A stretch of 64,000 nt of DNA from Ancylonema sp. (GCA_050230475.1 JBFLGF010000008.1:62001-126000); one strand, 5' to 3'. Shown: positions 1 to 13,470, counted from the stretch's first letter. Numbers and translations: made by a program. The notes: generated by a model from the letters alone, not told the origin.

Positions 1-219
1 CGTTAATTTGACAGTTAGCCGACATTCAATAGAAGTTTTGTAGGTTCGCATGTCATTATATACGGAGTGTCGTTGTTCCAATATCGATGGTGGGAGCCTT
101 CTTAAGGGATCAAATAATAATAAAACAAATTGTCGTTATACCGTTGTCATCGTTATAGCGATAGTCCTTTTATCGAGGGAGGACTGTACCTGGTATCTCC
201 TTTCGCGCCACATCATGAC

Positions 220-3200
220 ATGGCGCGGAATCCCCGTCGGATTTTCAGCCTGAAACGTTCCAAACCTGCCTGGGTTCCGGGAATAGGGTCTCGTCAAGTA
301 GGCAGGCGAGGCAATCGTAGTACGACACTCTTGCTACTCGTCAGCCCTTTGGTGCCTTCTTCGCTTTCGTTTCAGGGTGTGCGCGTTCTTTGTGTGGTGG
401 TGGCGACGAAGTACAGAGCAGGCCATGATCTTCTGGCACGTGTCTTGCTCCGCACCTCCTTGGCTGCCCCCCCTCCCGTCCTCCCTCTATTTCCGCATCC
501 CTTCACCAGACCTGCACATGACTCACGTATACAATCCGTTGCCACCGTTCTCTATGGGTTGACTTTCCGTACCCCCTTTATGGCCGGCCGCATATCCGCG
601 GCCATGGGCCAACTCAGCACTGGTATTGGCGCCATTGCTGAACATCCCGCGGGCAACTCACGCGCTCCACGTCTATCGTCGCCATCTCCTCCCGCACCTG
701 TCATGACGCAACCTGTAGTCAATCGATTGGCGGGCAAGAAGGGTCCTCCTAAAACCTTTGCCAACGCCAATACTGCACCTCTGGGTGGGGACCCGCAAGC
801 CAGAAACTCGGCGCCACGCGGTTACTACACCAATGTTCCCAACCGCAAGAAAGACAGCACCCGTGTCAAGGCCGGGGGCTGGATCCCTCGGGACGGCTCG
901 CTTGGACATGGCGGGTCCTTCCAAAAAACTGCCACTGCGCCGTGGACGCCGGCCCCGCAACTCAGTCCTCCCCGTTTGAACGATGTTGGCTCATTTCCCG
1001 CTTTAGGCAGTCCGGCTGGAAGCGGTGGCAGCAGCTTAGGCAGCAGCTCTACCTTTTCGACGCCAGGGAGCAGTCCGGCAGGCAGCCCTCTACAGGGATG
1101 TCGGTGGGGGGTGGGGAAGGATCAGAAACGATATGATGGGCGAACCGTGACGCGGTATGCACACGTCCACCTCCTGCATTTCTCCGCCTTTCTTCTTCGG
1201 CCTTGCGGTGCCTGCAGCTGTTGTGTGCTCGTTTGGTAGTCCTGCGCCCGGTATATACGTGGTTCTATACGTCGTAATTTTATGATTTATTTTCCCACCC
1301 ACATTGTATCATATACCAACATCATGCATCACATTGTATCATATACCAACATCATACATCACATTGTATCATATACCAACATCATACATGCATAGAATGA
1401 AGTCAAACTTCAATGTCTCTCTCTCTCCCTCGGAGGTAAACTGAGTTTCTTCTTGGGGTTGGGGGGTTGGGGGTTGGGGCCCGTCCGCAGAGCTTCCAAG
1501 TCTCCCGCATCCAAGTCCCCCCCCAGTCCCGGATCTTCCGGTGCTGAGCCCAAGAGCCTCCGCCGCGGGCTCCTTGTGGAGTTCGCCAAGGAGAACAACC
1601 GGAGCGTCCTCGGTGCCGTGCAGAAACCGGATGGCAAACAGAACTGGACCACGCAGGACCAGGTGCGTGCGTGGGAACCCCTTTCTCCCTCAGAACCTCG
1701 TGTGGCACGAGGAGAACAATACTCGCCCACTTGTCCCTCACCTTCCAATGGCACACAATCAGCTCACAGAATAAATGTGAAACCCTGTATACCCTGTATA
1801 CCCTGGGTATAAGAACCCGAAAATGAAATCCGAAAAGTATGTTCCTCAGATATGGCACACAGTGTATACGAGAACCCAAGAGATAAGCCTCCAAAAGAAC
1901 CCCCCCACCAAATCCTCCCCCACGCACGCGACCTCTCTTATATCGAGGTTTCCCCCTCCTCCCCCCCAGCACGGCAACACGTCCTCCCTCCGCCCCCAGC
2001 AAGTGACCTACGTAGTCCCCAGCAAGGAGGAGTACACTGCGGCGGACATCATCCCATTCCTGGAGGAGGTGGACTCCATCCAGGTACAGGGCCGCACTCG
2101 GTACAGGCACACTTGCGGGACAAAGTTTGGTGCCGCTGTGGAGGGTGTGCGTCTGCAGAGGGTGGACTTTGGAAGTATCATATCTGTTTGACTTTATGGA
2201 GGGTGTGCCTACTAAGTGGGCCTTTTAGGTGTGCCTATACAGAGGCTGACTGTACAGTACGGGTCATCCGCAGCTGTTGTAGCCGGGATGCATACTGTAG
2301 CTGTAGCTGTAGCTGTAGCCTAGAAGGCATGCTTATCGAAGCTGTCCCTGTTTGGTTTGGTTGTTCCCAGGATGAGTCCCTTCTGGAGCTGGCGTGGGAG
2401 GAGGCGGTGGATGGAGGGGTGGCATCGATTTCGGCAGAGGACTTGGCTGCGGTGAGACAGAATGAATACTCAACAAGAAGTGGAACCAGGACCAGAATTT
2501 GAATCAGAACCAGAACCAGAACCTGAGTTCAGAAAGTTTAGAAATGAAACCTGGACAAGAACCGCAATGAAGATCAGAACCAGACCCAGAACCGGAGTTC
2601 GGAAGGTTAGAAAGAAACGAAAGTTGGGATTTTCACGGCTGTGAAGAGCGAAGCCAAGTCCAAACCCCGAAACCCTAAACCCACCAGATTCTTCCCCCCC
2701 CCCCGTGTCTCCCCCCCCCCCCCCTCCTCCCCCCAGACCCTGTACATGAGCGGGGGCCCCGTCCAGAGCTACGCCTGCCACCGCCTCCTCTCCGCCGACA
2801 AAGTGTACTTCAAGCAAAAGTCGGGGGCGAGGTTCGAACCGAGACCGGCTCCCCAGGTCGGGCTCGAGTGAAAAAGGGGGCACAGAATGAGTAGAACTGG
2901 GAACTGGGGACTGGGGACTGGGGGAAGGAGGGAGGGGAGGGGGAGGGTAGGTGGATACTTGGGCGTCCGCGGGTGTTGGAAGGGGGTGGGGGGGTGGGGG
3001 TTGGGGGTCAGGGATGGAGGGGGGAAGGGAGGGAGGGAGGGAGGGAGGGAGGGGGGAGGCGGGGTAGGAGGGAGGTGGGGAGGGGGGGGTGGATGTGTGA
3101 CAGGGTGGGGTGACGGTTGGGGCGGTTGGGCTACAGGTGGCAGAATTGAAGACGCGGTTGGTAGCGGAGGAGGCTGTCCGCGTGTTGGAGTGGCGGTTTG

Positions 3201-6200
3201 TGGACAGCGTGAAGAGGGCGGTGGGTAAGCCCCTGGGGCAGAAACCTGGGGCGGACACGTGGCAGAAGGACGAGGTGTGCTGGACGAGGATGGAGGCCAT
3301 GAGGGACTACGCGCTGGAGGTGCCAGGTGGCAATAAGACGTTGGCAGAACAGGTTGGGGGGGGGAGGGAAGGAAGGGGTGGGGAGGGAGATAGAGAGGGG
3401 AAGAAAAGGATAAGTTGGTGTGAAAAATCTGAGTTGCTCTGGGGATTTGGTTTGTTGGAGGAGATGCCAGCTGGCTCGGTTTTCCCGAGGAAGGGGGGGG
3501 GGGGGTTGGGGTTCAGAGGTTTGGGGTTCAGAGTCCCTAGGTTTGGGGTTCGTGTGTGTATGTACAGAGTCTGGACTTGCTTGGTATCCACAAGTCCCCC
3601 TCGGCCGCCCTGGACCTCCTTTCCCGCTGCGGCTTCCTCCCCCCCCACCTCAACACCAACCTGCTCAAGGCGGACGTGCCGCAGGACTTCCCCCCCCTCG
3701 TGCTGCAAGCAGTGGAGGAAGTGATCGCAAACCCGCCGCCAGACCAAGACGAGGTGAGGGGAGGGCAGAACAGCGGGGGGGGGGGGGGGGGGGGGAGTGG
3801 GAACCCTGGGAGAACTCTGGGGCGCAGCGTAGCGGGGTCCCGTTTTTTATTACCACTGCTCGAGCACCCGTTTTCGGGGATGCGAGGACGTGAAAAAACG
3901 GGAGAAAGATGTCGGTGTATCGAGTGGGTCGTTATGGGGAGGCCACTTTGGGTGGGGCATAGAACAGAAGTCTGGAAAATAATGATGTCGCTACGTCAAG
4001 GGAGTCGTTATATCCAGTGAAGACTGCACACAGCTGTTCCACCGCCAAAACTGCGCTACCGATGGTTTGTCCTCCCTTCCCATGCCCGCTTCTTATCTCC
4101 TCCTTCCCCCTGTGTCCTTGTTCAGTCCCGTCGCCTGGACCTGACGGGCCACAAAGTGTACACCATAGACTCAAGTGACACAGTGGAGGTAGGGGGGGGG
4201 GGGGGCAGGGAGTCAGGGTTTAGGGTTTAGGGTTTAGAGTTTAGGGTTTATGATGTCAAGTTCTGGGAGGAGGGGCGGTTTGAAGGGGGAGGGGCAGCGG
4301 TAGAAAGTGGAGAGAAGGGGAGGTTGGGGGTGTGAGGACGGGGTTTGACAGCTGGCGCGCTTCTTTCCAGGTGGACGATGGTCTGAGTGTGGAGACTTTG
4401 CCAGATGGCAGGACGAGGGTGTGGATCCACGTGGCAGATCCAACACGATGGCTGCAGCCACACGACCTACTGGATATGTGAGCAGGGGGGGCACACCCTC
4501 CACCTCCCGAACCCTAAACCCCAAACTGCCCCCCCTGGCCAAATCCCCCTCTCAAACTCTGTCCACGAAAACCCCCCCAAGAAGGTTCCCCACACCAAAT
4601 GCAGTCTCCCAAGGGAAATCCCTTCACACCCATATGTAAAACCCCACTCACTGCTCGTGCTCTCCCCCCCCCCCCCCCACCCCCCCACCCCCCAGGGAGG
4701 CCCGCAACCGCGGCACCTCCCTGTACCTGTGCACTGGTATGATCCCCATGTTCCCCCTGGCCATGGCCGCGGGCGCCATGAGTCTGCGCCAGGGGGAGGT
4801 GTGCTGCGCCATGTCCGTGGGCGTCACACTGTGGCCAGATGGCGCCATCGCGGAGACCCACGTGGCGCCCAGCTGGATTGTACCCACGTACCGCCTGAGC
4901 TACGAGGACGTGAGCGACGTGCTGGCGGTGGCGGGGGAGGAGGAGAGGGAGCTGGGGAGGATTGCGGAGGTTGCGGCGTTGAGGGGGGAGTGGAGGAGGG
5001 GGCAGGTGGGGAATGGGGGGGGGGGTTGGGGTGGGGAGGGGCGGGGAAGTTAGGTAGGAGTGATGGGAAACCTGGATAGGAAAGGGAAGCTTGATAGAAA
5101 ACGTTTCTCAATGTGAAACGAATCACAATCTATGAAAACCTCGATATGAAGGAACCTGGATATAAAGGGACCTCAGTACATAAGAAAAACTCGATAGAAA
5201 CATTCATGTAAAAGTAGCTTTGATATAAAGTAGCTTTGATTGGGGAGCTGGATGTAGAAAACAGTCGCCCAGTCAATGCCAACCGGTAACATTTCCTCAT
5301 TCCCCCCCTAGATTCCACTCATGTTTCTGACCATCCACGCCCCCCCCCCTTCTGCCACCCCCCTCCCAGGGCGCGATCGACATGAGCCTCCCCGAAATGG
5401 ACCTCAAAGTGGGCCCCACCTCCGCCCCCGACCCCCCCATCTCCATCCACGTGACGGACCAAACCACCCTCCCCCGCCGCCTCGTCTCCGAACTCATGAT
5501 CCTGTGTGGGGAAGCCATGGCCGCCTTCGGGGGGGAGGCGAGTCGCAGCCTCCCCCTGCCCTATAGGGGGCAGGCGGAACCCGACCTGCCTTCTCCTGAG
5601 GACCTCCAGGCCATCCCTGCTGGCTACTGCACTGCGGTGCATCTGCGGCGGTTTATGACGAGGGGGGAGACCAACTGCACGGCGCCGATCGCGCATGCTT
5701 CGCGGGGGTTGGGGGGGTATGTGCAGTTCACGTCGCCCATTCGGAGATATGGGGACCTCGTGGCACACTTCCAGGTGGGGGGCGCACCCTTTTTTTTTTT
5801 TTTTTTTTTTTTTTTTGTGCTGGCTTTTTTGTTTTGTTTTTTGTTTTGTTTGTTTTTTTTTCCCCCCTGTCTTTTTGGTTTGTTTCTTTGTGTTTTGTGG
5901 GTTTTTGTTGTGTTTTCTATAAATATTATATCGTGATGGTTGCCTGGGAGGGATGTTCACCTATGGCTGCTCGCAGCAAATGACGAGTGGGAGGGTGGAG
6001 GGAGGGGATGGGAGCCCTAGTAGTGTCCCTACATCCCCTGTCCCTCTTTTCTCCCCGTTCCCAAATCAAATCAAATTCCCCCCCCTCACCTCCTCCCCCC
6101 CCTCATTTTCAGGTGAAGGCGGCCCTGCGAGGGGAGCCCCCCCCCTTTGTATCGTCGGAGATTGAGGGCATCATGGGCAAGGTGGGGGTGAGGATGAGGG

Positions 6201-7114
6201 AGGGTCGGCGGCAGGAGGGATTGGCCTCCCGCTACTGGCTACTGGAGTACCTGAGGAGGCAGCCCAGGGGGAAGGTGTGGGAGGCCACGGTGCTGAGGTG
6301 GATCAAGGAGGGGGAGACGCTGGGGGGAGTGTTCATTAAAGAGGTGAGGGGGGGGGGGCATTTGGGTAGGTGGGATTGGTGGACAGGCTATTGATTTGAG
6401 CATCCCGCTGTACACTCAAACCTTGATGTGAGAAACCCAAGAAGGCTGAGAGAGAAAAAACAAAAACAAAATACCAAAAAAAAAACTGTTCTGTGAATTA
6501 CTGCCGTTTTTTTTTATGTGAATCACATTTTGAGTGTGAAAACGCAGAAGATGCCCGGGATACAGTTTCCTCACGTTAAATATTGTATCTAATTACGAAG
6601 TTTGTAGACGTTGAGGGTTGAGTTCACAGGCACACACTCCACAAAGGCACCACAATCTGAGAACAGGATCCATGATACCCTCATACCTCCACCTCTTGCA
6701 AAAGACACCCCCTTCCTACAGCCACCCACCCCAAACGGGTGGTCCCTAGAAAAAGAGAGCCTTGCCTTCCAGTCCCGCGCACCTCCACCCACCTGACAGG
6801 TGCCAAATGTGGTGGGCTCTGGGTCTGTGTTGGGGTTGGGGTTGCAGTTGGGGTACGAGACAGTCATGCGTCTCCAGCGCCACGTGAAGTTGGGCGCAAC
6901 CATCGGGTGCGTGGTAAGCGAGGCAGACCCCAGGAGGGACGTGCTTCGTCTGCAGGAGGCCATGTTTTACGAGAACCAGAGCAGGGGGAAGGAGGCAGAG
7001 AGGGCGAGGGCGGATGCGGCGGAGGTGGCGAGGGCGGAAATCAATGCGAGGGTGGCGAACCAGGGGGGGGGGGCGGGGGGGGTGGGGGTGGGGGTGGAAG
7101 TGGCAGTGGGGTAG
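220..7114 (+). CDS. RNR1: Ribonuclease II/RNB-domain 3'-5' exoribonuclease, chloroplast/mitochondrial (RNR1-like), multi-exon
   Basis: GT-AG exons give a colinear RNase II: (220 or 580)-1103, 1491-1662 (GLLVEFAKE..DGKQNW), ~1970-2082 (LRPQQVTYVVP), ~2371-2452 (LLELAW), ~2737-2856 (SYACHRLLS), ~3137-3351, ~3568-3753, ~4126-4188 (RLDLTGHKVYTIDSSDTVE), ~4371-4477 (VDDGLS..WIHVADP), ~4696-5006 (RGTSLYL..IPMFP), ~5370-5774 (RLVSELMILCGE..YVQFTSPIRRYGDLVAHFQ), ~6113-6342 (RYWLLEYLRRQ), ~6850-7114 (TAG). Start codon uncertain (ATG 220 or 580). Confidence 0.92.
1300..1390. repeat. 30-bp tandem repeat, ~3 copies (CACATTGTATCATATACCAACATCATACAT), intronic
   Basis: Directly visible in the RNase II intron 1104-1490. 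Confidence 0.85.
4215..4250 (+). repeat. Interstitial plant-type telomeric repeat (TTTAGGG) x5, intronic
   Basis: AGGGTTT AGGGTTT AGGGTTT AGAGTTT AGGGTTT A. Confidence 0.85.
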
Positions 7115-8254
7115 ATGGGGGGGGGGGTGTTTTGTACAAAAGTTGATGGGGGTGTGGTTGTAATGAATGAAGATTCTACTTTTTTGTTCCTTTTTTCTTT
7201 TATTTTCAACATGTTATTTTCCATTTTTATAATTGCTTGTCAGTTGTGCGATGTGCATACGGGTGCGTGCCTTCTTGTCAAACGATGGGTATCCCTTCTT
7301 TGGTTGCGTCTTCGTCTCAAGAAATGGAGTCGAGATGAGTGCACGGGGGGCGGATGCCCATCTCCTCTATCCTCTCTCTTCGTCAGTCTCTCATCATCAC
7401 GATTCACGCAAGTGGAAACTTGGAAGTGGAAAAAAGTTTGCGGTCGCACATGTGGCACGGTCTCAAGTCTTTGGGGTGCAAATTAGAAAAATCACGCGGA
7501 CACTCCACGATGAGGCTGGAAGTGCATGAGCCCACATTCTACATAAGAACCACACGTGCACGGATCCAACGCAGTGGGACGAGGACTCGCGGTGTCAAAC
7601 CCGGAATCAATGGTTAGGGTTTGGGAAACGGTCGACACCGTAATGGGTGAGGCTGACAATGGACATTGATACAAGGCATGATGTGTCAAACATGAAATAA
7701 CATCGCCGTTGTCGCCACCCATTCAGCTTGGGCGGTATGGTCACTAGAACGAATGAGTGACATGACTCTTGTCACTCTTATATTCTTAGATAGGTAGATT
7801 GTTGTGACAAAAATGAATGGAAACGTTAAAAATCAGTTGGGTTTCAATGCTGGCCGGTAGGGTACAAACTGTAACACCAACCCACCTCCTTTTGTCCATT
7901 ACCCATCGTTTTTCAATGAATTCGTCAATTCGTAGGTTCAGGAATCCCAGGGCTGTGCAAGGATGGCTTTTGTTATTCCAATATTTACAAGTCTCACCAA
8001 CCCACTACCCGGCCCTCCGCGCCCCTCTATTCCCCAAAACAGGCAAACTGATCGCACTCCATTGTGTACCTCAAATAATGCATACAATTAACAAGCACTC
8101 TGAAACCCAATGGACGAATGGGGATATACAACAAATCGCATGGGTTATATACACTTCCTCTGCTCTTTACACCGCACCCAACTACCAACCCTCCACCAAT
8201 AAAACACTGCATAAGTCCTCCCCCCCCCCACTCCGACCCCTGACCCCCCCGGAA

Positions 8255-11200
8255 TCACAAGCGTGCCAGAGGGGCGACAGCTGGAATTTTCCCCTCAGAT
8301 CCGCCTCCCGTCCCCTTCCTCCTGCCACCTGGCAGGCCGCCGCCCTGTTTGGTCGCCAGGTAGGCGAGTGTTTGGAAGTATGGGACTGTGAGTGGTTTGC
8401 GCGTGTAGTCATCGCTGGAGGACAGGATTTGGAAGAGTTGGGAGAGGGGGGGGGTGGGAGGGCGGCCGGAGGCTGTGAGGGAGAGTAGGAGGGAAGCGAC
8501 TTCGTGGAGGAGAAGGGGGAGGATCTAAGGAGGGAGGGGTGGGAGGGGGGGGGGGGGGGGGCTACTGTCGGGGCAGGTCATAGGTTGGTTCAGGTTCGGG
8601 TTCAGGTTCAAGGTGAATTAAGGGTTCAGTTCCAGGTGTTCAGATTCAGGTTCAGATTCAGGTTCAGGTTCAGAAAGTGGTTGAGGTTGAGGATGAGTTG
8701 GTTTGCCTGGATGTCGACCACGGGGATGAGAAAGGAGAGCAGGCTCTGCAGTTGCTTGGAACCTTCCTCCAGCCTCTCTGAGTCAATCGCCACCTGCCCA
8801 CCGTCTCCTGTGCTGCTGCCACCTGTCCTCACCGCACCCCCCTTGTCGGCTGCCGTGCTGAGAGCGCGACACTTGTCGGCCATGGCAGTGATGCAGAGGG
8901 CCACGGCGGGACTGCCAGGTGGCAGGTGCTGCGCTATGGTGCCGACACCTGGCACCAGCGCCTTGAAGGGGACCGAATCCGGGTACCCCTGCCAGACGGT
9001 TGCAAATCATTGCGCCTCAGAAGGAGGTGCCAGCCCCCCAACCGCCGACCCCCCCCAACCGCGGGAAACCGACCTGGAGGCAGCGCTCCGTGTAGTACAC
9101 CGCCAGCTGTTCCTTGAGAAGATTCGAGGAAGGTTCCGGGAAGTGGGTGCGAAGGAACGCGGAGAACAGGGAGTGGGCAGACAGAGACACTTCGGAGCGG
9201 GGGTGGTGAAGGTAGCTGGATAGGACACAGCAGATACGCAGGGGGGGATAAGGGCACTGGGCTATCACCTCCAGGGTTGGGGGTTGGGGGTTGGGGGTGG
9301 ACTGACAGGAACAGGAGGGGGGCCACCCTGTCGGAGAAGAGAGCAGGGTTCATCTGGGGGAGGCAGGGCTGCAGCAACCGCAGCCAGTAGAAGCATGACG
9401 CCACCTGGATGGCGTCAGAGTGCCACCTGGCATCCGCCTCGACCCCTGTCGGCCACGCGGCAGCGTGCGGTGCTGCACACAAGAGCGAAAAAAAAAAAAA
9501 AGACCCACAAACCGAAAACAACTATTCCTGTCAACTTCCCCTTCCCGACAGTATCATAATTCAGGCGTACGGGTGTCACCGTCTGTTGAATTCACCTGGA
9601 GGGCCCCGTGTCCCCCCAGGTCTCACCTGCCCCAGATACCACCTCCCCATACGGCGGCATCCTGCCCACCAACTCCTCCACCGCCCTCTCCTCTCGCGCC
9701 ACCTGTCCCACCGCCCTGCCCACCAACTGTCCGTACAGGGGGGCCTCCACCCGCCAGAAATCGAGGAGGGCAAGCGCATGCAGAGCCGAAACCGCGTGGG
9801 GCCATCTCAGGGGTTTGTGGGGTTCAGGGCCGCCTGGGTCCTCCGGTAGAGTCGCCCGTAGGAGGAGGAAGGTGGAGAGGAATGCGGAGTGGCCGGGGGG
9901 GGTGGGTGGGGTGGGGGTGGGGGAGGGGGTGGGGGTATCTGGAGCAGGTTGGGGGACCTTTGCCACCTGGCACTGGGTGCGCTGGAAGGCCTGAGAGAAC
10001 CAGAGGATCGTCTCCACGACCGCTCCCCTGTCCCCCTCTGGGGCCACGGCCAGGAGGTCGCAGAGGGCCCTGGTGAGACCAGGGGCTTCTGTGTTGTATC
10101 CACCTGCTGCTGCTGTTGAAACACCCTGGGTACCCCCCCCCCGGATCTGCAGCGCGTCCCCCAGGAGTCCCGCAGCACAGCACCAGAGCAGGTTGGGGTG
10201 GGCCTCTAGTCCGCTGCCACCTGGCGAGCACAGGTTGGTGACGACTACACACACGGTGCGCAGCCCATGACGTGCATCCCTGGCGCGTGTGAACTCGGCC
10301 TCTGACTCGTTCGGACCCAGTTCGTGGGAGTCAAGGAGGGGTGCCCAGGCCAACGGGGGCGGGGGCAGCCAGGTCATCCTGCCACGTGGCACCATCACCC
10401 TGAACCCGGGTCTTAATTCCACCCGGCCTCCAGGTCCCTCTCTCTTGGGAATGACCCACGGACATGCGTCGGCGGCGGATTGGACGATGAGAGCCCTCAA
10501 CTCTTCCTGGATGGGGAGCCAATCGACGTCCTCATCTGTCGCCACCTCCCTCCTCCTCTGCTGCCACGTGTTGCCCTCTGCCAGGCCCCTGAGAAGGCCC
10601 CCTGCTGCCACCAGAGAAGCATACCTCGATTGTATACCCGTTGCTCGTAAGCAGACATTGGAGAGCCTACGAAGGTCGTCTAGAGCAGTGGAAGGCCATC
10701 CCCCCTCCCGCCCCCGCACCCGCCCCTCGTTCAGTAACCGGGCACCTTCGTACTCCATCAGCTTTAGGAGCGGATGGATGTCTCTCAGGGAGGCGGATTC
10801 GAATTGTGCTTGTACAGGTTTGGGTCCATGAGGCTGGGTGCGCCTCGACGTCCACATGGACAGCAAGGCAGAGAATAGAGCCTCCACGTCAGCACCGTGG
10901 CTGGCACTCATCCCGTAGCCGAAGCCAGCGAGGAGCTCAGGTAAGTCATTGGTAATATGGAGCCCCGGCGGGCCCTCGGCTTTAACAACGAGGAGTTTCC
11001 GCGCCAGGTCTCGAGTGGGTTCAGGGCACGTGGGAGAGGCGCAAATTGATCCTACGAGACGAATTGCGGCCGCAGAGCAACGATTGTGCAGCAGAGACGA
11101 GTTTTGGGTCAGATTTGCAACTACGGACGAAAGGAGATCCCCAGCTTGAGTATTTATCCTGGCTTGACCGGAAAGCGCAGCTGGCGCTGGGAGTAGTCTC

Positions 11201-11550
11201 CTGACCCATACTGCAAGCAGAAGCAGGGCGCATTGACCCGCGGAATCCCAGTCGGAAGGACCCGGAAATTCAGCTGCAACGGCTGCCACTTTTCCGAGTA
11301 ATGCAGAGAGGGCTCGAGCATTTGCATCGGAGATGTGAAGGAGAAATCGATGCATGCGAAGGTCTTCGAGTTGAGGAAGGGATGTGAGTGCAGGCGGGCA
11401 GGGTGATGTGCCAGGGGTCAGCTGAGCCAGCTGGCGCACAGCTGTCCATGCCCGAGAAGTCTGCTGCAAGTTAAGGGGCTGAGAAGGTGCTCGAAGGGGA
11501 ACAGCGTCAGAGCGGCCGAGCCAGGACTCAAGAGGGTGGAATTGCTCCAT
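8255..11550 (-). CDS. PEX8: PEX8-like peroxin (homologue of Arabidopsis At1g73970-type protein) with C-terminal PTS1 ARL, 5 exons
   Basis: Exons 11550-9627, 9445-9307, 9215-~9073, ~8987-8707, 8524-8255. The spliced C-terminal half reads ASCFYWLRLLQPCL..PLLFLYLHHP..AHSLFSAFL..KEQLAVYYTERCLQGYP..PFKALVPGVGTIAQHLPPGSPA..VVDIQILP..SSDDYTRKP..FQTLAYL..PLARL*. This matches from memory the At1g73970 family (KEQLVFYYMQRSL, HLPAGSPA, VDIQVLP, SDDVIRKP, ends ARL). Confidence 0.75.
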
Positions 11551-12340
11551 GCCAAATGCTGATTGATGACTTATGCATTAAGCCACAGGATCATATTCAT
11601 AATGATGCTTACATTTCATTCAGTGGGGTTGTACTCTAGACGGGAGGCGACGATCCTATGCCAACGCCGCACCTGCACATCAGAACTCCCCCCCGCAGAT
11701 GCATTTCAAGTCACCGAGCTGCAGTCCGAAGCGGGACTTCACCGGCCTTCCGAAGCATGTACGGTTTCCGCATCCGCCGGGGGCGGTGGATCCAGGGGCC
11801 CTGGATCCAAAGTGTGTCCTGGACCAGGGCACACGGACCGTGTGCCCTGGGCCGTGGCTGAGGTGCAGCTTGAAACAGAAGCGTTCCAAACCCGGTCAAA
11901 CTAGTTTTTTTTTGGGGGTAAAATTAGTGTTGGGGCCCACACGCCACCCTAACCCACCCGCGATCCGCTCGGATCCGAAACCCACCCCATCCTGAGCACT
12001 TTGGCGGTTGCTATAGTGCCTACCCCCCACCCGCCCTCCACCCGCCTTCCACCCGCCCCACCCGCGATGCACCCGCCGACTCGCCAAAAGTGGCGGGTGG
12101 GCGGGTTGAATGGAACATTTTGAGTACGAAAACTTCTACAAAACAAAATACAAATACTTATTATTAGTATTATTTAACATACAAAATTAGAAGAGATGTC
12201 AAATTTCTCGGATTTCGGACAATTTGCTCTGTACCTTCATTGTACATGGCATTTTGCTTACTCAGATCATGTTGTTTTTCGGGTTGTTCCATCAAATTAT
12301 GCTTATTTCGCAATATTATTATAACATTATTGTAATTATA

Positions 12341-12654
<314 letters not shown>

Positions 12655-12699
12655 TATATATAATATTATATATTATTATAATTGTTATAATTGGGTCAC

Positions 12700-13470
12700 C
12701 TGTAGGTGTTCCCCATGAAGACGGAGAATGTAACTGCCGTGATGGAGACAGGGGGGTTCATCGCGTCGCGACTCGACGAAGTGGTGCGGATGTTGGAGGA
12801 GAAGTATGGAGTTCAAGTGCTCGCAATGACTTCGGATGCGGCTGCAAATTGCAAGTTGGGCAGGAAGATTGCGTTGAAGTATCGGAAGGACATTCTTTCT
12901 TTGGATTGCGCTACCCATTTGGTGGCGCTGATTACATGACGTTTTTTAAAGGTGGGTGAGACAAAGTATTTCAATATGAATATTTAAATCATAAATGTTT
13001 GCCAATTCTTATATCATATACATATATGGTCCATGTAAAATGACGTTTCGTCATTGTGACAAGTTGAGCACGTGTGCACCACGGCGATCGAGAAGGCGAT
13101 AAATATCATCAACTGGTTCATGAGTCACTCGCTTGCAAACGAGAAGTTGAAGATGAAGGCGAAGGCATTACTAAAGAGAGTCGCTTTCTTGGTGCTCCCT
13201 GTGTCCAATCGTTGCAGTTTCATGGCGGATGCAAACTGTGCACTTCTTGAGGTAGGGTGATTTTTAGGTGGATTCCTCTTGATTTTTTGGGTATAGTTTA
13301 TTGCTTTGTGTTGTACTTTATTTAGGTGGAGTTGGCATTGCACTCACTCGTACTGGTGGAGGGCGATGCCTTTTTGAGATCTCCATCAACACCGGCCCTA
13401 AAGGAGAAAGTGAGGAGTTTGATCAGCTGGTGCAAGGACGAGGGGTTTTGAGCCCCACTAAAAATTGGTG
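12700..13470 (+). pseudogene. hAT-family transposase remnant
   Basis: [22 protein letters not shown] (catalytic D plus CxxH motif) and LVLPVSNRCS (degenerate P-x-x-T-R-W). In-frame stops and intron-like gaps. Confidence 0.7.

Noticed and set aside
1403..5126. Many G/P-rich antisense and alternative-frame ORFs over RNase II
   Set aside because: Shadow ORFs caused by high GC content and G/C homopolymer introns
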